64,000 nucleotides of DNA. It comes from Callorhinchus milii. Lineage: Eukaryota. The notes beneath the pieces are model-generated. The model saw only the letters and a list, made by a program, of their open reading frames with translations. It did not search any database and was not told where the DNA came from. Location: assembly GCF_018977255.1 (NCBI RefSeq), contig NW_024704743.1:61506001-61570000 (forward strand), given 5' to 3'. Within the stretch, counting starts at the first letter, position 1. Every line of letters begins with the position of its first letter. Made by a program: the position numbers and the translations under genes. Below are positions 48,928 through 61,695 of this stretch, one piece after another.

Positions 48928-49241
48928 ATAATAATAATACTAATCCTTGCATTTGATATAGCGCTTTTCACGTCGGGAGGACGTCCCAAAGGCTTCACAG
49001 AACACACGGTAAAGTGAATTGACTGTATATTTGTGGGCAAACGCGGCAGCCAATTGCGCACAGCAGTGTCCCACAAACAGTTGTAGATTGAAAATGACCA
49101 ATTTATTATTGTCTTGTTTTGGAGGGATTATTATTAGGCGTGTGGAGTAAGGAAACTTGCCCAAGGTTTCGCCCTGCCTGGAATTGAACTCAGGTCTCTC
49201 GCTTGCAAAGTGAGTGCTCTAACCACTGAGCTATAGGACTC
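48928..49241 (-). mobile_element. Young SINE, full length, nested in an old plus-strand SINE (about 48690-49350)
   Basis: The old SINE body stops at 48927 and resumes at about 49247 (acttcatggctgtttgtggg). Confidence 0.93.
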
Positions 49242-49879
49242 TACAAAACTTCATGGCTGTTTGTGGGACATTGCAATGTGCAAATTAACTGCTGTGTTTA
49301 TCTCCAAAATACATAGTCACTACATATTAGAGTAAATCTGTGAAGGGCTTTGCTTTACAAATTCAAGAATTATTATCCACTGCATTCATGTATTTGAATT
49401 CACTTAAAATTCCTTTCACCTTCTTGAACTTTACTGGCAAGTTTATGCGTATTAGTATTGATCAGAATGTACCCATTTGTGTTTAACCACTGAATGAATC
49501 TCAGCGATGGTTAGTCTGGGTCGTGGCCTTCTGTTATTTCCACACCAGAGATTAGCCATAAAGAATTTATCAGCGCCAATGTGATTAACCAGGATTAGCA
49601 TCAATCAGCTCATCAGCAACTGATAAGAGAACTGGCTGCCATCAACCTATCAATTCTGGTTCAATTGGATTATTTCAATTCATTGCAAACTGGCATGAGA
49701 AAGCTAAGGCTTGTTCTTCCTGAGGTGAGCTGGTAAGCGCTTAAAAGAGATTAATTTTTAAAAAATGTTTTAGTGTTTTTTAAACCCAACATTTATTACT
49801 ACCAAAACAATAGTGGTTGGAAGATAATACATCCTCAAACAGATCTGCTCTGTCTGAACAAATTCTCTTTCTCATTTAC

Positions 49880-49912
<33 letters not shown>

Positions 49913-50297
49913 TACAAAGGTGGCTCTCCAGAGTTGAGCAATTTGAATAATTTTCAACCTTGCAGATTGAATATATTTATAACAACACATACATTACTCC
50001 ACTAATGTCTAATATCTCTTTGTGTTATTTTAGCCAGGTTTTAATTCCTATCAAACAGAATCAAAGCTGCATAGGATGTAGGTTTCTGATTACCCCCATG
50101 CTTCTCAAATAGCTCCTTCAGGTTTCAGTGAAAAATCGCATCCCAGTTTCTTGCTGAACCATAAGGCAACAGAAGATCTTAGTTGTTAATTATATTATAA
50201 AATACTCATATCTGAAATATTTGGAGCTGAGTAATTAATTCCTTGGAATCATCCATGCTTTCTAAAGAAATATTTTGAACATTTACTGGTGCTCTTG

Positions 50298-50552
50298 TGG
50301 GCCTTTAGTCTCTCTGCCCCCACCCTCTGGAACTCCATCCCACAGTCTCTCTGCGTTGCCCCTCCCTTCCCTCCTTCAGGACCCATCTCAATACATTCCT
50401 CTTCAACCGTGCCTCCAATCACTCTCCTACCCCTACCCCCCCACCACCCCGACCCCAACCACCAGCTTGAGTGCAGATCCCTGACTGTCCAGCGCATTGG
50501 GATGTCCTCCTGACGTGAAAGGTGGTATACAAATGTAATTTGTTGTAGTTGT
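50298..50552 (+). mobile_element. L2 3' end
   Basis: AFSLSAPTLWNSIPQSL followed by a tail. Confidence 0.85.
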
Positions 50553-51104
50553 CATTGTCGCTCTCAGTCCAACCTTTCTTCCCTATTTTGCCCTTTCACA
50601 CAGAGCAGATGTTTTATCTAGAAGTCCTCTCACTCTGACAGTATAAGTTATGACTCCGGCACAATGGCAGGGCTGAGCCGTCAGCAGCAGAAACACTGAA
50701 AGAAAACCTCAGAGTGCTGAAAAGAAGCAAGTATTAGATTGACTGGGAGACTGTCACATTGCAGTCAGTACTGGTTGTCTGAACTTCGGTTTATAAAAAA
50801 AGGAGGCAGTCAAATAAAGCTTTCATTCAAAAAAATACCGTTGCCTGTGTTACATATATTTGGCTCAATTCCTAACATAAGGCAGCAACATGCTCGCAGC
50901 ATTTGGAGACCTTATAAACAAACCCCTGGTTGAGCTGGTGGTTTATGATGCCATCTGATCCATCTAAGTATTTTACAGCATTGTGTAAGACAACTATTAT
51001 TTTTTCTTTTATATTGCTCCCACAATGACTCATAAAATTCCTTTCTGAAACACTGTTCCAGTGTGCGAGGATTGGGCAGGCAGCATAATCCAAGGAGAAT
51101 TCTA

Positions 51105-51340
51105 GAACCCGGTTGTGAATGGATCGCTTTTCCGGGGGTAATAATTCCTTCAAAAATAATAATAATAATTTGGTTACTCAATCCACAACTCTTTGTGGGA
51201 CACTGCTGTGCGCAATTGGCTGCCACATTTCGTCAACAAAATATACAGTCAATTCACTTTACAGTATATTCTGTGAAGCGCTTTGAGACATCTCGAAGAC
51301 ATGATAAGGCGTTATATCAAATGCAAGGATTATTATTATA
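51105..51340 (+). mobile_element. Young SINE, long form, 5'-truncated
   Basis: gaacccggttg...ggatcgcttttccgggg plus core and tail. Confidence 0.88.
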
Positions 51341-52639
51341 GAATTAGATCACAGTTAGTATAATAGCCAACTAACTCATGTTCTAATTCGCTCCCATTCG
51401 GTTTAGTTACCAGGAGTCAAAAGTACCTTAACCCAAGCCACACAGCAATGTTTAAAAGGCATCTAATGAAGAATAATAACACCTACTCCCACAGGTGGCT
51501 TTACCCCTATTCAAAAGTTGCTGCCACCAACGTAATGTGTAATGTTTGAGAATAACTGATAAGATGGTCAGCACTTTTCAGTTATTGATGTGTGAGAGGT
51601 GGTGGAGTGAGCCGTCAGCATGTCTGTGATCTGTAATATGAGGAGAGCAGCATGCTGCAGTGTGCACAGATATAGGGGTTAGCCTATGGACTGCATCTCC
51701 AAGATCCATTCCTCAGTCTCCCCAAAGTAACTTGAGATTCCAAGGTCTTGCTTTTCCTGTATCCTTAAGTGTGCATCAGAGGAAACAAAATTTGTGGGTC
51801 ATTGGTGTCTGCAATATATGGAGTGCTTGCTTGAAATGACGGACACGCCTGAATTTATGCTTAATATTTTGATAGCAAGTGGCCCAAAGTAAGAGCATAC
51901 TGTTAAGGGCAGGCCTGTCAAGTCACATATCAATTTAACAGCTCGTATCTGCCCAAAGACATGTCTCAGACAGCACTGTCATCTAAAAAACAGTCAAGTA
52001 AGGCTGACCAGATAACTCACATTGAGACACTGTGGTTCCGTATTGAGGTCTTTATGATCAGTCTCGTAAATAGAGATATTTATCCCAAGAAATAAAATTA
52101 TTAGATGCGGTTTTAATGCGTATTTGTTTATTAACAACCGTAGAAATTTAACTGAAGTCACATTGAAGTCGGGTCAACTTATCATCGTAATGGCATACAA
52201 GTGGAAATGTGAGTTTTATTCCTGCTGTTATGTTTCTCCATGAATGTTAGACAAGGAGAAACGGTCTGACCTAATAGCACAAGAGGAACCAAGTCGTGAG
52301 TGATCTATAGTGAGTGTCAAAAGTGGGACATAGTTTGTATCCCACAGCTCTTCATTATGTGTGCTGTTAGGTAAGTAATTTAAAATAAAATATTAAAGTT
52401 AAATGGTAGAAAGAATTCTAAATGTGAATTCTATTGAAATACAACAGCAACTAGCTCCAGTGAGGACTCTCTGAATGTTGTTGCCATAATCCTTTCTGGT
52501 CTCAGTAAGGGCTCCTGTCATCTTCAAGTAAGAAAACTCTTTAATAGGGTGACTGGAACCACACATGGCATAGATGTTGATTCACTATTGCTTTAGGATA
52601 TAAATGAAAGCTACCAGCCAGTGAAAAGCTATCAACACA

Positions 52640-52950
52640 GATATCCTGTAGCTCAGTGGTTAGAGCACTCGCCTTGCAAGCGAGAGACCTGGGTTTAATT
52701 CCTGGCAGGGCGAAACCTTGGGCAAGTTTTCTTACTCCACATGCCCGATAATAATCCCTCATTTTGGGATAAGAAAAAAAATTGGTCACTTCAATCCACG
52801 ACTGTTTGTGGAACACTGCTGTGCGCAATTGGCTGCCGCATTTCACCCACAAATATACAGTCAATTCACTTTACAGTATATTCTGTGAAGCGCTTTGAGA
52901 CGTCTCAAAGCCATGAAAAGTGCTATATCAAATGCAAGGATTATTATTAT
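52640..52950 (+). mobile_element. Young SINE, short form, full length
   Basis: Head, core and tail as in 47761-48080. Confidence 0.92.
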
Positions 52951-53787
52951 AGTTATTATATGTTAATACTAGCAATCATGTCAGGGAGCTAATTTTAACT
53001 TTTGGTAACCATGTCCAGCTAGGACAATCTTGGCTTAGGTCCCTACCATCCAGTCTACACAAGCTTCGAGCGCATTTATGAGCCAAACAGAGTGATCAAC
53101 CATCATCAGAGACACCAACAGAACTGCTAAACTTTCCAGCTCCAGATAAATCTCACTAACACCACCACACATATCCCACTCCCTCCCCCGCAAGAGGATT
53201 AGACATAGCATTCATCTTATTGAGGAAAGGTTGAGGAGACATGCACAAATTTGACTCTTGGTCTCAATCTTCATAGTCAATGAATTAAGCTACGAAGGAA
53301 ACATCAGCTAAAGAAGTCTAAAATTCCAAACTATTGTATTCAATCTGCGCTTCAAACATATCATCTTCAGAGAGCTTTGAACACGCATAACAACAAGATT
53401 AAATACTGCATGAAGGACTAGTAATGACGCAAATAAATAATAGCAATTCGCAGAAATGTTAATGTTACAACAACATGAGTTGTAGCCTGGCAGAGCTTGA
53501 ACGTGTTTCTATAATGCATCTATCAAATGAGCTGCTGTGCAGTGAAACATCTGGGTTTTTTTTGCAAAATTGTCAAAATCAATTGCCTACAATGTGCAGA
53601 TGTGCACAACAAAGTCCATTTAAGTTACTAGCTATATTCAGAATATGGAAAAACTAGACATCAATTGTGAGAATACATCCTTCCACCTCTGTACCTGAGA
53701 TTCAACATTTAATTCTGGAAGAGGCTGTGGCCCCTTTTAATCTGTTGTAAGACAATTGCAATCTGTAACAGAACTGGTGCTTCTATT

Positions 53788-55640
53788 TGAAATAAAAACA
53801 GAAGTCGGTGGAAACACTCAGCAGGTCAGGCAACATCTATGGAGAAAGGTGGAAGAGAGAGGCTTTTAAGGGCTAACAGAGAGGGTGGAGGCAGGGCAAG
53901 GAAGACAAAGGAGAAGACAGGGTAGACGACAGGGGATGATGGGTTAAAGAGGTGTTAATAATGCAAAACAAAGGGTAGGGGGAAATTGCAACAAAATAGG
54001 CAGACCAGGGAGTGAAAAGGTGTTTCTGGGACCCAGATGATATGGTAATGGTCACAGAAGAGGGGGAAGGTGATCTGTTATGGTCTGAAATTGTTGAAAT
54101 AAATATTGAGGCAAGAGGGCTGTAAGGTCCCTAACAGATAAATGAGGTGCTGTTCCTCGAGCTTGCACTGTGGCTCATTGTAACAGTGTAGGAGACCATG
54201 GATGGAGAGGTCAGAGCGAGTGGGAGGGAGAGTTGAAATAGCAAGAAACCTGAAGCTCAGAGTTGGGCTTGCAGACAGAAAGGAGAAGTTCAGCAAATCG
54301 GTCATCCAATCTGCATTTCGTCTCCCCAATGTACAGGAGATCACATCGTGAGCAGTGAATGCAGTAAACTACATTGGTGGTAGTACACGTAAATCGCTGA
54401 CTCACTTGAAATCTGTGTTTGGGGCCCTGGACAGTGGTATGGGAGGAAGTAAAAAGGCAGGTATTGCATCTCCTGCGCTGGCATGGGAAGGTGGTGGGGG
54501 GAGCAGAGAAACTGTTGGTGGTGGTGGAGGAATCAACCAGGGAGTCACAGAGGGAATGGTACCTTAGTGGTTGGATCACGCTGGAGGTGCCGGAAATGGC
54601 GGAGAATTTTTGGGGGGATGTTGAGGCTGGTGGGGTGAAAAGTGAGGCCTAGGGGGACCCTATCACAGTTCTGGGATGAGGGGGAAGGGGTGAAGGCAGA
54701 GTTGCGGGAAATAGGCGGACACGGTCAAGGGTCCTGCCTACCACAGAGAATGGGAATCCTCGGTTGAGGAAAAAGGAAGATATTTCAGCTGCTCTGGTGT
54801 GAAAGGTGTCATTGACAGAGCAGATGCAGCGGAGGCAGAGGAACTGGGAAAAGGGAATGGAGTCTTTACAGGAGGTGGGGTGGGAGGAGGTGTAATCCAG
54901 GTAACTGTGGGAGTTGGTGGGCTTGTAAAAGATATCTGTTGATAATCTATGCCCCGAGATGGAAATGGTGAAGTCGAGGAAGGGAAGAGGCGGAGACGGT
55001 CTATGTGAATGTCATGGAGGGATGGAAGATGGAAGTGAAAGTGGTGAATTTTTCCAGCTCACTGCGAGAGCAGGAAGGCAGCACAGCACCACCACAGTCG
55101 TCAAAGTATCTGAGGAACACATCAGGGAATGGACCGAAGTAGGCCCGGAACAAAGAGTGTTCCAGGTGGCCAACAAACAGGCAGGTGAGGCTGGGACCCA
55201 TGCAGGTTCCCTTAGTGACAACTTTTACTTGGAGGAAGTGGTTGGAATTGAAGGTGAAGTTGTTCAATGTCCAGAACAAGTTCGGCCAGACGGAGAAGGG
55301 TGGTGGTGAATGGAGGCTGGTAAGGCCGCTGTTCGAGGTGGAAGCAGAGGGCCTGCAGGTCGTCCTTGTGGGGGATGGAGGTGAAGAGGGACTGAACACC
55401 CATTGTGAATAGGAGATGGTCAGGACCCGGGAACTGGAAATTGTGGAAGTGGCGGAGGGCATCAGAAGAGTCACGGATATAGGTTGGTAGGGCATGGACA
55501 AGAGGAGCAAAAATATGAGTCCAGCTATGAAGAGATCAGTTCGGTGGGGCAGGAACATGCTGAAACAATAGGTTACCCGGGACAGTCCTTTTTGTGGATC
55601 TTGGGAGGAGGTAGAGGCGGGCTGTGCGTGGTGGGGGGCT
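53788..55640 (-). mobile_element. Penelope-like retroelement (Neptune-like), 5'-truncated and frameshifted
   Basis: RT motifs VQSLFTSIPH, NNFTFNSNHFLQVK..GTCMGPS, FLRYFDDC. Cys knuckle TFPCQRRRCNTC. GIY-YIG motif NVVYCIHCSRCDLLYIGETK.RL.DRF.E. C-terminus EEQHLIYLLGTLQP..LN. Confidence 0.92.
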
Positions 55641-56120
55641 ATCCATGATCTCCTACATTGTTCCAATGAGCCACAGCGAAAGCTTATCTATCTGCTAGGG
55701 ACCTTACAACTCTCTGGCCTCAATATTGATTTCAACAATTTCAGACCATAACAGCTGACCTTCCCCCTCCCCTCTTCTGTGACCATTACCACATCATCTG
55801 GAGATATACCTTTTCTCTCTCTGGATTGTCTTTTTGTTGCAATTTCCCCCCTCTCCTTTGTTTTGCATTATTAACGCCTCTTTAACCCATCATCCCCTGT
55901 CCTCTACCCTATTTTCTCCTTTGTCTTCCTTGCCCTGCCTCCCCCCTCTCTGTTAGCCTTTAAAAGCCTCTCCCTCCCAACATGCCCCAGTTCTGATGAA
56001 GGGTCTTGGACCTGAAACATTGACTCACTTTCCTTTCTCCATAGATGCTGCCTGACCCTCTGAGTGTTCCCAGCGACTTCTGTTTTTGTTTCAGATTTCC
56101 AGGATCTGCAGTATTTTGTG
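55641..56120 (+). repeat. Inverted copy of the Penelope-like element's 3' end (pseudo-LTR)
   Basis: 55641-56093 is a diverged reverse complement of 53788-54203. Confidence 0.88.
55989..56025 (+). ncRNA. Minimal type-I hammerhead ribozyme motif (probably mutated)
   Basis: AGTT-CTGATGA-A-GGGTC-ttg-GACCT-GAAA-CATT-GACT, located inside a PLE terminal repeat. Confidence 0.65.
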
Positions 56121-58114
56121 TTCTGGTGTTTCTATTTCTCTGAATGCTGAAAATGATATTCAAAGTGGATTTGCCCACAGTCATACACTTGCACTCATGC
56201 ACAATAAGTCCTGTGAAGCGCTCCTGAGGTGAAATGTCTATACCAAATGATGAGGATATATCATTATTGTCATTTGGGGAATTACAAGGGTTTCTGCTGA
56301 CATATTAGCAGCACCTAGCGAAAGGGCTGGTTGCCACCAAAACTGGGAAATTAAGGATTAATTTCCAACATTCTTTGTCAAACCTTGATGTCCCACAATG
56401 GGGTCGAAATTGCAATATTTGCAAAACAGATTTTGCTGTGTAAATTGTGACTTGCAAATATCGGACGCCATTTATTTTACGAGATTTACCTGGTGATTAC
56501 TAGACCTACATTCACATTAGACCTGCATTGTTGGTAATTACATTGGCTGGTGAGACCACGTTGAAGGGAACTGTGGAGTTAGAGCAGACACCAAAAGTCT
56601 TGCAAAGAGAGCTTCATAGGGTACCAACTGGAATCAACAAGAACACGAAGATCGTAAAAAAAGCTACTCCAGTTTGGTACCTCTCTCCAATGGCACAACC
56701 AAAACCCAATATTTGAGAGCATCCTGCCACAATTGTGTGACCCACAGAAATTTGATTCAAGACAAATGGCTGGAGTTTATTCAGGAAGAGATCAATTCTA
56801 CATACACACTATTCTCCACATGGAGTATCCCCCCCTATGCTGTGACCTGGGGTGTAAGCAAATTGAGAAAAGCAGGAATCAGAGCCATGCTCTACTAATT
56901 ACCACAGCAGGGGAGACCAGGCTAATATTACTCTGGCAGCATTTCTGCCAAAAAAATGACAATCTGTTTTACACTAGAACAGACTCTGCTTTCTGCAATG
57001 ATTCATAGTTATCAATAACTGTTCCAACTCCACCCATACCTCTGACATTCTGTTCAAGTAAAACCACAGTGTTCGTCCGCTTCAGTGATCCTGCTGTTTC
57101 AGTGATGCCTGAGCCTTTTTGTACACAGAGGAGAAGCTGCTTGTTCAGATGAACAAAATGAATTAGAATGGCTTAGTCCGAGCCAGAATCTGCCCTCTCC
57201 AAACACTGGAGAGTTCTAGCTGCACCGTCAGCTCGCTTCAGGCTAATAACTAGAACTGCTAGACTGAAGCCAGATATCTTTGTTGATGTCAAGAGCACAG
57301 GAGCTCAACGTCCTTTATCAATCCCCAAAATTCAACACACAACAGTGGTCAAACCTCACATGCTGCTTCTCGCCTACAGGTAGAACTCTCCCGGGCAGAG
57401 ATGCTATCTACAGCTCTAATCACAACTGTTTCTAAGCAAATATAATAATGATTTAGACAGCATCAATGAAAGGTTACAGCAGAAAAACAAGACCATTGGG
57501 CTCATTGAGGCCGCATTGGTGCTAGCTCCTCCACTGGAGCTACCTGCTCTTTGCTCATACTCTTGTTGTTATTTTCATTTTCAATAGCACTTATTTAATA
57601 TAAGTGCTGTTCTGGGGCTCTGATTCAGCAGCCATTTTGAAAATCTTAACAGATTAAACAATTATTCAATGTGTTAACAAATCTGTTTTGAAACAACTCA
57701 TTTTTCCATCTATTCTAAAACCTGGCACTGGAAATGACAGCCCCCATCACCCAATTTCAGCACAATGGTTGCTCTAAATTTTCAAGAACATTGCTGCTAA
57801 CTTTCCTAAGCAGGCCTTGTTTTTTTTTAATCCTGAAGATAGCATTTGATTTGTAGCTCATCAGCTGAACTAAGTTGTCCTATTTTTAACTGCACTCAAA
57901 TGCCAATCATCACAATTGGGACAACAAATGAACAAAGGGATGCTCAGGGAAACTATTGTTCTGAGGCTGGGAGGGAATCACACAACAATATTGGATTGAG
58001 CAGGAGGGCAGACTTTTGAGCTCCAGGATAAGAACAAGGGTGAATAAACTTTAAACTTGCTCTCTTTTCTGTATATTTGTTTTGGACACATTTTGTGCTC
58101 ATTGAGATAAGGGA

Positions 58115-58445
58115 TATAAAGAAAAATCCTCACATTTGATATACTATCTTTCATGTCAGGAGGATGTCTGAAAGTGCTTCATAGTACGTACTGGACACCA
58201 GGAGGATACTCACCTCTCTTTCCATATAATACCATAGAATCCTTAATATCCACCTGAACAGGCAGAAGAGATCTTGATTTAACATCTCATATAAAGAATG
58301 GTACCTCCAACAATGCAGCATACCCCCAACACTGTAGTGGAGTGTCACTACAGACTATATGGGTCAAAGTCACAAGGAGGAGCTTGAATCCACAAGGTTC
58401 TGACTCAGATGCGAGCGTACCACCAACTGAACCATGCTGTCACTT
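58115..58445 (-). mobile_element. Old Deu-domain SINE
   Basis: Reverse head ggttctgactcagatgcgagcgtaccaccaactga plus body and tail. Confidence 0.7.
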
Positions 58446-58505
58446 GGCTGGATGTTGCTGCTGGGAAATGGAGTAATCAGCATCTCTAGGTCAGCTATAG
58501 CGGGT

Positions 58506-58752
58506 AATAATAATAATAATCCTTGCATTTGATATAGCACTTTTCACATCTTCTCAACGTCTCAAAGCGCTTCACAGAATAGACTGTAAAGTGAATTGAT
58601 CGTATATTTTGTGGGTGAAACGCGGCAGCCAATTGTGCACAGCAGTGTCCCACAAGCAGTCGTGGATTGAAAATGACTGATTTATTATTGTTTTTTGTTT
58701 TGGAGGGATTATTATTAGGCGTGTGGAGTAAGGAAACTTGCCCAAGGTTTCG
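58506..58752 (-). mobile_element. Young SINE, headless
   Basis: Reverse complement of about 47830-48080. Confidence 0.92.
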
Positions 58753-60410
58753 TAAAGCAAAGCTGCCTCTACACTGTCTTCAATCCTGAGAAAACTGGTA
58801 TAACATTTCCCACAGTTGCTGTCCTGTGGTGTCTTGGAGTGAGACTGCTCACTGTCTTTATCCTAATCTTATGTGTGACACTGGCAGGTCTGCTCACTTT
58901 CGATTAAACACAGATTTAAATTGAATTTACAGCGAGAAACTAAGTACCCAGAGAGAAAATAAAATAACTTTTCAAAGCCTCTTTGTAGCTGCTGCTGTCA
59001 GCTGGAATACATTCGATTTGCTTTCTGTTGGAGGCTTTTTGTCACTGCTCCTGCTGACTTAGATCTGCTCAGGAAAGCAGAACTCTGTTAAACTCCGACA
59101 GCAGCATTTACAAGTGACTTTGAAGTTTGATTTTCTGTTTCCATGCTTAGTTTCATACTATAAATATAGTTAAATCTTGGTCTGTGTATTATGCATCATG
59201 ATCAACAAACCAGAAAATAGCATTGTTAGCAACAGAACCTATCGTTTCGTAGACACTGAAACTCCCGTGGGTTCTCTGCAAGCAGATTGAGATCTCTCTC
59301 CACTATGAGTCCTTGAGGCCAAAGCTGCCACTGCCTCACACTGTGTAGAATATGCCTCATGTAGTACCTCAGTCCCGTGGGAACCAGATTCCACATGCCA
59401 TGGATTGGCCATTAGATTGTCTATTTATAATGATAATCGTTGACTTTGATTTAGCACCTTATCAAATCGGTGGGCATCTCAGAGCGCTTCACAGGATTTT
59501 ACTGTGAAGTGTCGTGATTGTATTTGCAGGCAATTGCAACAACAACTTTCATTTATATGGCACCCTACACAGGATAGCACCTTAGAGCATTGCACAGTAG
59601 CAATTTGTGTACAGCAATGGCCCACAAACAGCCATGAAGTGAGTGACCAATTTCATCTGGGGGATTGCTGGCTAGGACACCAGGTGAAACTCTTTTCTCT
59701 TTTCAAATAGTGCCTTTGGATCTTTAATGTCCACCTGAACAAGCACAAGGGAGCTCAGTTTAACACCTTAATTGTACAACCAAGACATAAAACATGACAG
59801 TACGCACAGTTCATTTTAAATTTTAATATTATTTAAGTCGATTTTAATGGGACTCATTATCAAGAACGAAAAGACTCCTGGCTTCATGTGAATTTGAGTT
59901 GTGGCCCCTATATTCCACCAGCGGATTCATATTCACTTCCTTGGCAGTTCTATTACCTAGATTCAAGTTGAATTGATACAAACCCAGTGTTATTACTTCT
60001 CCTGGAAGTACAATACAATTTACATGTATATATACTCATGGTCTTGTTATAATGTGCCTTTCACGTCAGGAGGATGTCTCAAAGTGCTTGAAAATGCTGC
60101 ATGCTCACCCGAACTGGGAATTGGAGCCGGGAGTGGGGAGGGGAAAGATGATCAAAATCAGGGCCAAAGAGGTATGTTTTGAGACCTGCCTTTAACGAGG
60201 GGATTGAGGGAACGACTCTGAAGGAGTCCAGAGAGAGTTCCCGAACACGCTATGGCTGAAACCAGTTAACTCAGCACGGTCCAGAATTCAAACTAGTGAG
60301 CTCCTAGTTTGTAAGGAGCAACTCTATACACTACATCTTCAAGCTATTGTGCAATGGTTATTTTTCATATGAGCCCAGACAGTGTCAGCAGGGTTATCAT
60401 TGTGAGTATT

Positions 60411-60695
60411 GTCGAGACGTTTCAAAGTGCTTCACAGAATATACTGTAAAGTGAATTGACTATATTTTGTGGGCAAACCATGCCAGCCAATCGTACACAG
60501 CAGTGTCCCACAAACAGTCGTGGATTAAGTGACTAAATTATTTGTTTTAAGGGGTTATTACCCCCGGAAAGCTTCTGCCAATCAACTACTTACTGCTAGG
60601 TAAACAGAAGTGTGTAGAGTAAGGAAACCCGCCTATGGTTTTGCCCCGCCCTGGAATCCAACCCAGGTTTGCTCTAACTGACATGATACAGGACT
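60411..60695 (-). mobile_element. Young SINE, long form, diverged
   Basis: tacttactgctaggtaaacaga segment and head remnant. Confidence 0.8.
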
Positions 60696-61460
60696 TCATA
60701 ATATGAAGTGAATTCCCTAACAAGGTGAATTCAAGATCGAATGAAGAGGAACCTAGACTTATCGTTGCATTCAAGAGGAAGATAAACCTTCACACCAGGG
60801 TTTAGGAAGGGGTGAAGGTTCATATCGATTACAAACACTGACACGGACTGGTTGGGCTGAGCATTCTGTTTCTGTGCTGTACATTCTTTATAAATAGGTG
60901 GTGGACAAACAGTTCGGTCAAAGATAGGTTTAAAACCTAGTTTTGACAGTAAAAAGGGAAGGATGAGGTGGAGGAATTTCAGGAGAGTTCCAAAGGGTTC
61001 AGAAACATAAATTGGAAATATTTATTTATACTATTAACCAGGAAAGGTGTTTCAGGCCAGAGCAACTTGATGTTCACAAGATAAGATTATTATCCTGAAG
61101 GTTGAGATCAAATGCGCCTAATGTACTTCCTCATCCATGTGAATATGCAATCTTACTAAGCATTCTTCGGCATGTGAATTTATTTGTATTTTCCGGGTTT
61201 AGCAGAATATCTTCTCAGCCTGTCTCGTGAGCTGCTGCTAATGCTGCCCTGCATATCCGAGCAGGTAATTGCTTTCCCTTGTTGTAACATGGGACAACAG
61301 AAGCTAATGTTAGCACACAGATCATCATTCATCTTGGATAAGCTCATACAGAGAAAAACTGGAGGATGAAAGACTCGGAAACCTGACATACATTTCTATC
61401 TATTTCCGAGGAGATTAAGAAAAATGTTACTTGAAGAATAACAATGTAATAGTCAGTCCT

Positions 61461-61695
61461 AGCAACAACATCTTGCATTTATATAGCTATCTTCTTGCAG
61501 GATAGCCTCTCAGAGCGTTGCACAGTGGCGGAGTTGGAAGCTGAACAAGGGAGAAGGGGGAGGTGACCAGAAGTGCAGTGGAAATCTTAAGGTGAGGCAA
61601 GAAGTTCCAGAGGATAGAGGCTTATTGTTCAAGGAACGGCTACTGATGGTGACCCACGACAGTCGGGGGTTGGGCAGAGGAGCAGGTTTGAGCAA
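61461..61695 (-). mobile_element. L2 3' end, second subfamily, degenerate
   Basis: caacaacatcttgcatttatatagc...cagagcgttgcacagtggcggag resembles 2517-2600. Confidence 0.7.
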
